Below are positions 1 to 12,284 of a DNA stretch of 64,000 nucleotides, piece by piece. The notes beneath the pieces were generated by a model that had not been told where the DNA came from, made no database searches, and worked only from the letters and a program-made list of their open reading frames with translations. Within the stretch, counting starts at the first letter, position 1, and every line of letters begins with the position of its first letter. This DNA comes from Macrostomum lignano (taxonomy: Eukaryota): contig NIVC01003999.1 of the NCBI GenBank assembly GCA_002269645.1, positions 1 through 64,000 on the forward strand. Reading direction: 5' to 3'. A program made the position numbers and the translations under genes.

Positions 1-2390
1 GGGCAATTATTCTGGTGTAGAGGGTAATAAGGGGCAATTATTCTGGTGTAGAGGGGTGGATAAGGGGCAATTATTCTGGTGTAGAGGGGTGGATAAGGGG
101 CAATTATTCTGGTGTAGAGGGGTGGATAAGGGAAATTATTCTGGTTGTAGAGGGGTGGATAAGGGCAATTATTCTGGTTTAGAGGGTGGATAAGGGGCAA
201 TTATTCTGGTTAGAGGGGTGGATAAGTGGCAATCATTCTGGTGTAGAGGATGGATAAGTGGCAATTATTCGTGTAGAGGGTGGATAAGGGGCAATATTCT
301 GGTGTAGAGGGTGATAAGGGGCAATTATTCTGGTGTAGAGGGATAGATAAGGGGCAATATTCTGGTGTAGGGGTGGATAAGGGGCAATTCATTCTGGTGT
401 AGAGGATAGATAAGGGCAATCATTCTGGTGTAGAGGGATAAGGGCAATTATTCTGGTGTAGTGGGGTGGATAAGGGGCAATTATTCTGGTGTAGAGGGTG
501 GATAAGGGGCAATTATTCTGTGTGTAGAGGGTGGATAAGGGGAAATTATTCTGGTTTAGAGGGTGGATAAGGGGCAATTATTCTGGTTTAGAGGGGTGGA
601 TAAGTGGCAATCTTCTGGTGTAGAGGGATGGATAAGTGGCAATTATTCTGGTTTAGAGGGGTGGATAAGGGGAAATTATTCTGGTGTAGAGGGTGGATAG
701 GGGCAATTATTCTGGTGTAGAGGGTAGATAAGGCAATCATTTCTGGTGTAGAGGGATAGATAAGGGGCAATTATTCTGTGTAGAGGGTGGATAATGGCAA
801 TCATTCTGGTGTAGAGGGATAGATAAGGGGCAATTATTCTGGTGTAGAGGGTGGATAAGTGGCAATCATTCTGGTGTAGAGGGATAAATAAGTGGCAATT
901 ATTCTGGTTAGAGGGGTTCTGGTTTAGAGGGGTGGATAAGGGGCAATTATTCTGGTGTAGAGGGTGGATAAGGGGCAATATTCTGGTTAGAGGGATGGAT
1001 AAGGGGCAATTATTCTGGTGTAGAGGTGGATAAGTGGCAATTATTCTGGTGTAGAGGGTAAATAAGTGGCAATTATTCTGGTTAGAGGGTGGATATGGGG
1101 CAATTATTCTGGTGTAGATGGGTGGAAGGGGCAATTATTCTGGTTTAGAGGGGTGGATAAGGGCAATATTCTGGTGTAGAGGGATAGATAGGGCAATCAT
1201 TCTGGTGTAGAGGGATAGATAAGGGCAATTATTCTGGTGTAGAGGGGTGGATAAGGGGCAATTATTCTGGTGTAGAGGGGTGGATAAGGGGCAATTATTC
1301 TGGTGTAGAGGGTGGATAAGGGGCAATTATTCTGGTGTAGAGGGTGGATAGGGGGCAATCATTCTGGTGTAGAGGGGTGGATAAGTGGCAATCATTCTTG
1401 TAGAGGGATAGATAAGGGGCAATTATTCTGGTGTAGAGGGGTGGATAAGTGGCAATCATTCTGGTGTAGAGGGATAGATAAGGGGCAATTATTCTGGTGT
1501 AGAGGGGTGGATAAGTGGCAATCATTCTGGTGTAGAGGGATAGATAAGGGGCAATATTCTGGTGTAGAGGGTGGATAAGGGGCAATTATTCTGGTTAGGG
1601 GGTGGAAAGGGGCAATTATTCTGGTGTAGAGGGATAGATAAGGGGCAATCATTCTGGTGTAGAGGGATAGATAAGGGCAATCATTCTGGTGTAGAGGGAT
1701 AGATAAGGGCAATTATTCTGTGTAGAGGGGTAAATAAGTGGCAATTATTCTGGTGTAGAGGGGTGGATAGGGGCAATTATTCTGGTGTAGATGGTGGATA
1801 AGGGGCAATTATTCTGGTTTAGAGGGTGGATAAGGGGCAATTATTCTGGTGTAGAGGGATAGATATGGGGCAATCATTCTGGTGTAGAGGATAGATAAGG
1901 GCAATTATTCTGGTGTAGAGGGGTGGATAAGGGGCAATTATTCTGGTGTAGAGGGGTAAATAAGGGCAATTATTCTGGTGTAGAGGGGTGGATAAGGGGC
2001 AATTATTCTGGTGTAGAGGGTGGATAAGGGGCAATTATTCTGGTGTAGAGAGGTAAATAAGTGGCAGTTATTCTGGTGTAGAAGGGTGGATAAGTGGCAA
2101 TTATTCTGGTGTAGAGGGGTGGATAAGGGGCAATTATTCTGGTGTAGAGGGGTGGATAAGGGGCAATTATTCTGGTGTAGAGGGGTGGATAAGGGGCAAT
2201 TATTCTGGTGTAGAGGGGTGGATAAGGGGCAATCATTCTGGTGTAGACGGGTGGATAAGGGGCAATTATTCTGGTGTAGAGGGGTGGATAAGGGGCAATT
2301 ATTCTGGTGTAGAGGGGTGGATAAGGGGCAATCATTCTGGTGTAGACGGTGGATAAGGGGCAATCATTCTGGTGTAGACGGGTGGATAAG
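1..2390. repeat. 33-bp minisatellite (GGGGCAATTATTCTGGTGTAGAGGGGTGGATAA), runs off the window start
   Basis: Direct tandem repetition; many 1-bp indels in the homopolymer runs. Confidence 0.97.
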
Positions 2391-2639
2391 GAGCAAGTAC
2401 TATCGCAATAGTACCGCTTTATTATTAATTATAAAATCAGCAGCCTCGTTGGAAGCATTTAATTATAATAATAGTAATATATGTAGCTCTGAGTTAACAA
2501 TTGATAAAAGGCTAGACTAGCTGTGAACAGGCGGAGCTGCTAAGCGTATAAACAAAATCACGCACAGTTTAAAAAACTTCTCAACAATCTGCTGGAATGG
2601 AAGCTTTGATAGCTGCATTGCAAGGCAGTTCAGCTTTAG

Positions 2640-2786
2640 CTAGCAGCAGGAATTAAGCCACTCGACAATGAGCTGATGTGCCAACGCAGCCTTTGGCGGT
2701 ACAAACCAACGACTGTTGCGTTTCAGCATGTCCGACACCTGGGCCGCGGTGAACCAGTCCGCGAACTCAAGCTCCTCTGTATCCAA
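2640..2786 (-). CDS. NUDT12: NUDT12-like NADH pyrophosphatase, last exon
   Basis: After acceptor tttcag| it reads LDTEELEFADWFTAAQVSDMLKRNSRWFVPPKAALAHQLIVEWLNSCC*, matching the NUDT12 C-terminus pattern (..ARWF..FFVPP..AIAHQLI..W). AATAAA at 2423-2418. Confidence 0.85.
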   Translation of the reverse strand: MDTEELEFADWFTAAQVSDMLKRNSRWFVPPKAALAHQLIVEWLNSCC

Positions 2787-2802
2787 CTGAAACCGTTCGC
2801 GG

Positions 2803-4925
2803 GGGATGGGGAATCTGAATTGAAGGATGGGGAATCTGAATTGAAGGATGGGGAATCTGAATTGAAGGATGGGGAATCTGAATTCAAGGATGGGGAATCT
2901 GAATTGAAGGATGGGGAATCTGAATTAAAGGATGGGGAATCTGAATTGAAGGATGGGGAATCTGAATTCAAGGATGGGGAATCTGAATTGAAGGATGGGG
3001 AATCTGAATTCAAGGATGGGGAATCTGAATTCAAGAATGGGGAATCTGAATTGAAGGATGGGGAATCTGAACTGAAGGATGGGGAATCTGAATTGAAGGA
3101 TGGGGAATCTGAATTCAAGGATGGGAATCTGAATTCAAGGATGGGGAATCTGAATTGAAGGATGGGGAATCTGAATTGAAGGATGGGGAATCTGAATTCA
3201 AGGATGGGGAATCTGAATTGAAGGATGGGGAATCTGAATTCAAGGATGGGGAATCTGAATTGAAGGATGGGGAATCTGAATTGAAGGATGGGGAATCTGA
3301 ACTGAAGGATGGGAATCTGAATGAATTGAAGGATGGGGAATCTGAATTCAAGGATGGGGAATCTGAATTGAAGGATGGGGAATCTGAATTCAAGGATGGG
3401 GAATCTCAATTGAAGGATGGGGAATCTGAATTTAAAGGATGGGGAATCTGAATTCAAGGATGGGAATCTGAATTGAAGGATGGGGAATCTGAACTGAAGG
3501 ATGGGGAATCTGAATCAGGGGATGGAGAATCTGAATTGGAGATTTGGTAATCTGAATCGGGAGTTGGAGAATCTGAATCAGGAGTTGGAGAATCTGAATC
3601 AGGAGTTGGAGAATCTGAATCAGGGGATGGGGAATCTGAATCAGGAGTTGGAGAATTTGAATCAGGGGATGGGGAATCTGAATCGGAGGATGGGGAATCT
3701 GAATTCAAGGATGGGGAATCTGAATTGAAGGATGGGGAATCTGAATTGAAGGATGGGGAATCTGAATTCAAGGATGGGGAATCTGAATTGAAGGATGGGG
3801 AATCTGAATTGAAGGATGGGGAATCTGAATTGAAGGATGGGGAATCTGAATTCAAGGATGGGGAATCTGAATTGAAGGATGGGGAATCTGAATTCAAGGA
3901 TGGGAATCTGAATTGAAGGATGGGGAATCTGAATTCAAGGATGGGGAATCTGAATTCAAGGATGGGGAATCTGAATTCAAGGATGGGGAATCTGAATTGA
4001 AGGATGGGGAATCTGAACTGAAAGGATGGGGAATCTGAATTCAAGGATGGGGAATCTGAATTCAAGGATGGGGAATCTGAATTGAAGGATGGGGAATCTG
4101 AACTGAAGGATGGGAATCTGAATTGAAGGATGGGGAATCTGAATTGAAGGATGGGAATCTGAATTCAGGATGGGAATCTGAATTGAAGGATGGGGAATCT
4201 GAATCAAGGATGGGGAATCTGAATTGAAGGATGGGGAATCTGAATGAAGGATGGGGAATCTGAACTGAAGGATGGGGAATCTGAATCAGGATGGAGAATC
4301 TGAATCAGGAGATTTGGTAATCTGAATCAGGAGTTGGAGAATCTGAATCAGGAGTTGGAGAATTTGAATCAGGAGTTGGAGAATCTGAATCAGGGGATGG
4401 GGAATCTGAATCAGGAGTTGGAGAATCTGAATCAGTAGTTGGAGAATCTGAATCAGGGGATGGGGAATCTGAATCGGAGGATGGGGAATCTGAATCGGTG
4501 GATGGGGAATCTGAATCGGTGGATGGGGAATCTGAATCGGAGGATGGGGAATCTGAATCGGTGGATGGGGAATCTGAATCGGAGGATGGGGAATCTGAAT
4601 CGGTGGATGGGGAATCTGAATCGGAGGATGGGGAATCTGAATCGGTGGATGGGGAATCTGAATCAGGAGTTGGAGAATCTGAATCAGGAGTTGGAGAATC
4701 TGAATCAGGAGTTGGAGAATCTGAATCAGGAGTTGTAGAATCTGAATCAGTAGTTGGAGAATCTGAATCAGGGGATGGGGAATCTGAATCGGAGGATGGG
4801 GAATCTGAATCGGTGGATGGGGAATCTGAATCAGGAGTTGGAGAATCTGAATCGGTGGATGGGGAATCTGAATCAGGAGTTGGAGAATCTGAATCAGGGG
4901 ATGGGGAATCTGAATCGGAGGATGG
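2803..4925. repeat. 21-bp intronic minisatellite (GATGGGGAATCTGAATTGAAG and variants)
   Basis: Tandem array filling the NUDT12-like intron 2787-4964. Confidence 0.97.
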
Positions 4926-4964
4926 GAAAAAACAGTAGCAAATCAGGCCACGAAGGCTCCTCAC

Positions 4965-5354
4965 CCGAATTTTGTTAATGTCATCCCCCTCGGCAGTGGC
5001 CGCCTCAAATCCAATCATGAGCTGCGAGGGAAATGGCCAGGCCTGGCTGCCTCTGTACGTCACTTCGCCCACCGCCAAGCCGACCTCCTCGGCCACCTCT
5101 CGCCTGACGCAGTCCTCCAGAGATTCGCCGGCCTCAGCGAAGCCGGCCAAGCAGGACAGCATGCCGGACGGAAGGCCGGTTTTCTGGCCAACAGGCAGCT
5201 GGGCTGATCGGAGCCTCGACCGCCCGGGTCACCAGGACGATGCGCGCTCGGATCGAGTCGAGGATGCGAAATCGGATGATCAGACCAGGCTGCTGTGGCT
5301 CCCGGTTTACTTTGCTTTCCGTTCACTATGCAGTCGGCATTGCGGCAGAGTAGT
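4965..5354 (-). CDS. NUDT12: NUDT12-like exon with Nudix box (3 apparent frameshifts)
   Basis: CRNADC...HPRLDP, CLLARK, Nudix box [22 protein letters not shown] and NudC-type SQAWPFP motif. Acceptor cgcag| at 5355; donor |gtgag at 4964. Confidence 0.85.
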
Positions 5355-5480
5355 CTGCGCATTGTGGGGCGGATTAAGCGTTTCATGGATGCCTTGTTGG
5401 AGCTTGAGTGGCTCAGCAACAGAGGCAATATTCCGGGTTGGGCCGTATGATCCTCGTTAGACCAATGCTCCTTCCTTCCC

Positions 5481-5843
5481 TAGGACCCTGGATGTACCGC
5501 CGCACCCTGCCATTAGGACCCTGGATGGTCCACCGCGCACCCTCCCATTAGGACCCTGGATGGTCCACCGCGCACCCTGCCATTAAAACCCTGGATGGTC
5601 CACCGCGCACCCTCCCATTAGGACCCTGGATGGTCCACCGCGCACCCTCCCATTAGGACCCTGGATGATCCACCGCGCACTCTCCCATTAGGACCCTGGA
5701 TGATCCACCGCGCACTCTCCCATTAGGACCCTGGATGGTCCACCGCGCACCCTCCCATTAGGACCCTGGATGATCCACCGCGCACTCTCCCATTAGGACC
5801 CTGGATGATCCACCGCGCACCCTCCCATTAGGACCCTGGATGG
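5481..5843. repeat. 35-bp intronic minisatellite (TAGGACCCTGGATGGTCCACCGCGCACCCTCCCAT), about 10 copies
   Basis: Tandem repetition inside intron 5355-5862. Confidence 0.95.
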
Positions 5844-5862
5844 ACCGCAGCCTCCCACATAC

Positions 5863-6372
5863 CTGTGCCCCGCATCGGCAATCTCGGTGAGGCCGCCGCA
5901 GGCGGAGCAGTACCGGTTATACCGGTGCCAGGCTAGCAGAGACCGGGCCGGGCCCCACAAATGAATCATCCTGGTCGACGATGAGCTGCACCCTGGTCGG
6001 TGACTGCACTACTCCAAAGGCGGCGGACCTCGCCCAGGCTTCCGAAGCGGCCACGGCAAAGTAGCTATCACCATTGCATAATCAACATCGGACTCGCCGC
6101 CGAGGAAAACGATAGGACAGTCGTCCGGTCCCAGCTCCGGCCGCAGCTCCGGCCAGGGTATGAGCAGAGGCGAGAAAACGCCGCTTTTAGTGGCACTCGA
6201 TGCCGGCACCAGCAGAGGGCTGAGCGATTCGTCGAATAGAAGAGCTTTGCATCTGACAGACTGGTGCAGACGTTCCAGCTGTTCAGGACGTGGGCGAAGC
6301 TCAGCGAGCCGGTGCAACGTTTGGAAGCCAACGCGTTGCGACGAACTCGTAAATTGACCGAAACTGGTGAAA
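5863..6372 (-). CDS. NUDT12: NUDT12-like first recognisable exon (NudC N-domain + start of Zn ribbon; 2 frameshifts or a nonsense codon)
   Basis: LLFDESLSPLL, PIVFLGGE, ARSLLAWHRYNRYCSACGGLTEIADAGHR; donor cacag|gtatgt at 5862 splices in frame to the next exon. Acceptor-like ttttttctgcag at 6373; no in-frame ATG found. Confidence 0.75.
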
Positions 6373-6583
6373 CTGCAGAAAAAATACGGTTTATCTACTT
6401 ATAGTAGCGTAAACATGTATTTCATAAATTAATGCTTATGTATTTTTAACATACGGACACTAATCGAATCGAGCAGAAAGAACTGGACCAAACAATATTT
6501 CTTTTCTAACTGTTGACAGTATTGACCCAATGTTGATTCAATTTCTTTAAATAAATTAAAGTTTCTAAGCTCTCCAGTGTAAG

Positions 6584-6655
6584 TCCCTGATGGTCTAGCG
6601 GTTAGGATTCCTGGCTCTCACCCAGGCGGCCCGGGTTCGACTCCCGGTCAGGGAA
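6584..6655 (+). tRNA. tRNA-Glu (anticodon CTC)
   Basis: TCCCTGA...TCAGGGA acceptor stem, TGGTCTAGCGG A-box/D arm, anticodon loop CTCTCAC, GGTTCGACTCC T arm, T-run terminator just downstream. Confidence 0.96.
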
Positions 6656-7794
6656 CATATTTTTTGTGCTTTCGAAAAGGTGAAAAAATTAGGTAAATTA
6701 AAACTGTACGATAAATATAATTCTATTTCTTTACATTTTACATAAAACTTACTTGCATATGCCTCGTAATGACTAAGACTTACCTAATAATTACAGGACC
6801 CGATATGTATCGAAAAATACTTTAGAGTCTAAGACATCTCGCCAAAACCCAATGGCGTAAAGCCAATAAACAACGCCCAACGGATTTGTTTTTTGCACTC
6901 AGAAATAGAAGCAGAAAAGTCTTATTAATTTTAAAAATCTATTTAGCGGTAAAGAATATTTATCCTGACATGCAGTGCATCGGGATTTCGTATCGAGTTA
7001 AAGTACGATAAGTACTATTATATTGTTATATAATCAAGCACATAACTGTACGAGGATAAAAAACAAAAAAGACAACAAGAATGCTTCGTTTGGAATGGCT
7101 CAAAGTAGTTATTCGCAAGCATTTGTTTTGACGAATAATTCTTAGTATTAAAACCCAAAAGTTGGGCACAATTTAATGCTTCATATTATTGTAATGTTTT
7201 TTCAGAAAAAACCGCAACAATTTCCTGGGAAATGTGATAAATGGATCAGAAGCAAATAGACAATCGAAAGGCAAAATAGGAATGTTAAAAATTGATCAAT
7301 AAGAACAAATTATTTGATTATTTGCCTCTCCTTTTTAACAGGTTTAATATAATTGTTTGAATATTTTACAGTAAAAAAGAATAACAAGGTAGATACGCTA
7401 TCATTCTACTTACAAGTAGGCTTAAAAACAAATCATCGCAATTACACATTGGAAAGCGATAAAAAAGAAGAACAATTGCAAGAGAAAAATGCGGCATAGG
7501 AGAGGAGAATGAACATCCAGCGAGTACTTAGTCAGCTAATGGGTGAAGTGGACGGATGCGGATTCGCTTTGAAGCGAATGAAATACATTTTTTGTAGTTG
7601 GTAGCAACCAGACAAATTCAAAGTCCGAGAAAGACTCTAAAAAATCAGAGGTTACTCGATAACTATTACAGTATGCATACCCACAAAAAGTTCAGGTAAA
7701 GTACAATAATCCTAAGAAGTGACTGCCAATGGTATTTTGTTCCAATCTTTGCTTTTTAAATTTATTAAAATGCTTCAGGGTTCAAACAGAGTAG

Positions 7795-7975
7795 GAAAGG
7801 AATGGGGTGGGGTGAGGAACGGGGTAAGAGAGGAATGGGGTGGGGTGAGGAACGGGGTAAGAGAGGAATGGGGTGGGGTGAGGAACGGGGTAAGAGAGGA
7901 ATGGGGTGGGGTGAGGAACGGGGTAAGAGAGGAATGGGGTGGGGTGAGGAACGGGGTAAGAGAGAAATGGGGGGT
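7795..7975. repeat. 33-bp G-rich minisatellite, about 5.5 copies, probably in the NEK1 3' UTR
   Basis: GAGAGGAATGGGGTGGGGTGAGGAACGGGGTAA repeats; minus-strand AATAAA at 7766-7761. Confidence 0.9.
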
Positions 7976-8362
7976 TGAAAAACGGGGTAAATATATATTC
8001 ACCATTATGATATGAATTCCACTCGTAGCAACTACTTATTACGTAAAGCAATAAAACATGCTAGATCAAACTGAATACGCAAGTTTGCAAAGCAAAAGAC
8101 AGCAGCAAATTTTGGTCAGCATTCGAAAATGAAACTACACAAAATAAATTAGTTTATACACGCGCATAACTTGACTGTTTGGATGCTTCAATTAACAAAT
8201 AAATTGCGCTTTAAAGGAGAACAATCCTAGCACTACTTATAGTAGAAAAAGCGCATGTTTGAAAATGGTCAGAATAATTGCCTGGTTTGTTACTGTTGCA
8301 AGAGTTTTTTGTGTGTTAAAAATACGTTTAAGCTACTCACTAGGAGTAGTAGAAAGAGTCGG

Positions 8363-8536
8363 TTAATTTGGATTATCGTAGAATAGTAGGGTCATAATTT
8401 TGTCGTAGAGCTGAGAGTGCTGATCGCTGAGCACGGATTTCACTCGGCGCTCCGTTTCCACCTCGGAGACGCTCGGGTCCTGCTCTAGCTCGAATGCCAA
8501 TTCGTAAGCCTCTAGCAGACGGTCCAGACCCACCTC
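8363..8536 (-). CDS. NEK1: NEK1-like kinase exon 8 (last)
   Basis: EVGLDRLLEAYELAFELEQD...HSQLYDKIMTLLFYDNPN*; resembles the NEK1 C-terminal helical motif; acceptor catctag|, phase 0. Confidence 0.8.
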   Translation of the reverse strand, partial: EVGLDRLLEAYELAFELEQDPSVSEVETERRVKSVLSDQHSQLYDKIMTLLFYDNPN

Positions 8537-8634
8537 CTAGATGGTAACGGGAGGATGTGCTAATTAGGAAAATTATTGAAGATTATAATATTTTTGGGTA
8601 GCAATGTTTTTTTATAAAGCGGATGAAAAATGAT

Positions 8635-9160
8635 AGATTGACTGTTTGATAATACTGATTGATTGATAAGACTGATTGATTGATAAGACTGGCTGATTGA
8701 TACGACTGATTGATTGATAAGACTGGTTGATTGATAAGACTGACTGATTGATAAGACTGACTGATTGATAAGACTGACTGATTGATAAGACTGACTGATT
8801 GATAAGACTGACTGATTGATAAGACTGACTGATTGATAAGACTGACTGATTGATAAGACTGATATTGATAAGATTCATTGATTGATAATACTGATTGATT
8901 GATAAGACTGGTTGATTGATAAGACTGACTGATTGATAAGATTCATTGATTGATAAGACTGATTGATTGATAAGACTGATTGATTGATAAGACTGATTGA
9001 TTGATAAGACTGACTGATTGATAAGATTCATTGATTGATAATACTGATTGATTGATAAGACTGATTGATTGATAAGACTGATTGATTGATAAGACTGACT
9101 GATTGATAAGACTGATTGATTGATAAGACTGATTGATGAATTGATAAGACAGACTGATTG
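8635..9160. repeat. 17-bp minisatellite (GATTGATAAGACTGATT), NEK1 intron 7
   Basis: Tandem repetition. Confidence 0.95.
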
Positions 9161-9314
9161 ATATGACTAAATGATAAATAATGATAGATAAAGTCTGATT
9201 AATTGACAAAACCGATCGATTGAAGAAATAAGCGACTGATCAAATCAGATTACCCGCAGAAACGGATTAATTAGCGATCTCTGACCGATTGACAGATGGC
9301 CACCCCAACCCCAC

Positions 9315-9992
9315 CTGCTCCAGCTCGGCGCGCAGCCGCTCCGCCTTTTGGTCGACGTCTTCATCCTCGGCCCGATCGTCCATCGGCAGGCCTTCGTCGT
9401 CGTCCCAGTCGACGTCGTCGTCGGCGTCGTCGTCGTCGTCGGCATCGTCGGCTGGCTCAGCCTGGCCGGTAGCAGCGACTTCTCCGACGACATCGGAGCT
9501 GGCGAACGCCTCGTCAGCCGGGCCGGCCTCGGCTGACAGGGCCAGCACGCTGGCCATAGACTGCTTCACCTGGTCCAGCTCCTCGTCATCATCCTCAACG
9601 ACGGCATCGGCGTCAGCAGCGTCCTCGTTGACGCCGTCAAGAACGACAACATCGTCGTTGTCATTGGGAGTCGCTGCCGCTGCCACGGCTGCCGCGCTGC
9701 TGGAAGCCGGACGCTGCCTGGGTCTTGAAGGCGACAAAGCGGCCTCCACGCTAACAACTGTCGCGGTCGAGTCTGCACTGATCTGGCCGGATGCACCAGC
9801 GTCGGCACCATCGACCAGATCTGGCAGCGAGCAGGTGCGCAGTAACAATTTCGGGCTGTCGAATTTGCCGGAGGTCAGGGCCTGCTTCAGGGTGCGGCTG
9901 CACTGCGCGTCGTCCGCCTCCGCCTCGGTGTCACCGTCTTTCGCGTTCGAGGGCTCGGGATCGTTCAGGACGCGACGGAAGCTGCGCTCGAC
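9315..9992 (-). CDS. NEK1: NEK1-like kinase exon 7 (acidic; LLRTCSLPDL; ends LRAELEQ)
   Basis: Open GC-rich frame bounded by catcag| and |gtgggg; LLRTCSLPDL resembles the NEK1 motif MLRTCSLPDL. Confidence 0.85.
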
Positions 9993-10017
9993 CTGATGAA
10001 GATGAAAAATAACATTT

Positions 10018-11738
10018 CGGATTGCTAATCTATCCAATAAACTGGATTGCTAATCAAGCCAATAAACTGGATTGCTAATCTAGCCAATAAACTGGATTGC
10101 TAATCTAGCCAATAAACTGGATTGCTAATCTAGCCAATAAACTGGATTGCTAATCTAGCCAATAAACTGGATTGCTAATCTAGCCAATAAACTGGATTGC
10201 TAATCTAGCCAATGAACTGGATTGCTAATCTAGCCAATAAACTGGATTGCTAATCTAGCCAATGAACTGGATTGCTAATCTAGCCAATAAACTGGATTGC
10301 TAATCTAGCCAATGAACTGGATTGCTAATCAAGCCAACAAACTGGATTGCTAATCTAGCCAATGAACTGGATTGCTAATCTAGCCAATAAACTGGATTGC
10401 TAATCTAGCCAATAAACTGGATTGCTAATCTAGTCAATGAACTGGATTGCTAATCTAGCCAATGAACTGGATTGCTAATCTAGCCAATAAACTGGATTGC
10501 TAATCTAGCCAATAAACTGGATTGCTAATCTAGCCAATAAACTGGATCGCTAATCTAGCCAATAAACTGGATTGCTAATCTAGCCAATAAACTGGATTGC
10601 TAATCTAGCCATTAAACTGGATTGCTAATCTAGCCAATAAACTGGATTGCTAATCTACCCAATAAACTGGATTGCTAATCTAGCCAATAAACTGGATTGC
10701 TAATCTAGCCAATGAACTGGATTGCTAATCTACCCAATAAACTGGATTGCTAATCTAGCCAATGAACTGGATTGCTAATCTACCCAATAAACTGGATTGC
10801 TAATCTAGCCAATAAACTGGATTGCTAATCTAGCCAATGAACTGGATTGCTAATCTAGCCAATGAACTGGATTGCTAATCAAGCCAACAAACTGGATTGC
10901 TAATCAAGCCAACAAACTGGATTGCTAATCTAGCCAATGAACTGGATTGCTAATCTAGCCAATGAACTGGATTGCTAATCTAGCCAATAAACTGGATTGC
11001 TAATCTAGCCAATAAACTGGATTGCTAATCTAGCCAATAAACTGGATTGCTAATCTACCCAATAAACTGGATTGCTAATCTAGCCATTAAACTGGATTGC
11101 TAATCTAGCCAATAAACTGGATTGCTAATCTACCCAATAAACTGGATTGCTAATCTAGCCAATGAACTGGATTGCTAATCTACCCAATAAACTGGATTGC
11201 TAATCTAGCCAATAAACTGGATTGCTAATCTAGCCAATGAACTGGATTGCTAATCAAGCCAACAAACTGGATTGCTAATCAAGCCAACAAACTGGATTGC
11301 TAATCTAGCCAATGAACTGGATTGCTAATCTAGCCAATGAACTGGATTGCTAATCTAGCCAATAAACTGGATTGCTAATCTAGCCAATAAACTGGATTGC
11401 TAATCTAGCCAATAAACTGGATTGCTAATCTAGCCAATAAACTGGATTGCTAATCTAGCCATTAAACTGGATTGCTAATCTAGCCAATAAACTGGATTGC
11501 TAATCTAGCCAATAAACTGGATTGCTAATCTAGCCAATGAACTGGATTACTAATCTACCCAATGAACTGGATTGCTAATCTACCCAATAAACTGGATTGC
11601 TAATCTAGCCAATGAACTGGATTGCTAATCTACCCAATAAACTGGATTGCTAATCTAGCCAATGAACTGGATTGCTAATCTACCCAATAAACTGGATTGC
11701 TAATCTACCCAATAAACTGGATTGCTAATCTAGCCAAT
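10018..11738. repeat. 25-bp minisatellite (GGATTGCTAATCTAGCCAATAAACT), NEK1 intron 6
   Basis: About 69 tandem units. Confidence 0.97.
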
Positions 11739-11758
11739 GTGCTGTCACCAGAACGCAC

Positions 11759-12108
11759 CTCAGCCAGTTCTTCAGCCTCCTCAAGAGCCAGGCTGCTCAA
11801 CAGCAGCTGCTCAGCCGCTTCCACTTCGTCGTCAGTGGCCGCTGCCGCAGTGGCAGCCGACAAGGCGAAGTCCTTCAAGCTCTGGTAGATGGCCAGCTGC
11901 ATATCCGTGCGCTCCAGGTCCACCCCGCCTTTGCCGGCGGTTGCGCCACTTTTTCCGGGTTTTTCGTCGTCAACGGAGTTGGCGCTGGCTTTCTTCTGCG
12001 GCCGCTCAGCGTCCGGTTCGAAGGCCACCTGATCGAGCAGAGAGTGACCAGTGGAGGCGCTGGCGTCCGAGATCGATGGCGAAGACTCGACCAGCTCGGG
12101 AATGCGGC
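11759..12108 (-). CDS. NEK1: NEK1-like kinase exon 6
   Basis: Acceptor ataccag| (phase 1), donor |gtgcgt (phase 0); phases match both neighbouring exons. Confidence 0.8.
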
Positions 12109-12143
12109 CTGGTATTGATGGGCGAGAAGCAGAATTACTAATG

Positions 12144-12281
<138 letters not shown>

Positions 12282-12284
12282 TGC

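Noticed and set aside
2676-5162. Ser/Asp-rich (DSPP-like) or ELKDGES ORFs
   Set aside because: Translations of the 21-bp intronic array; the true exons end at splice sites 4965 and 2786.
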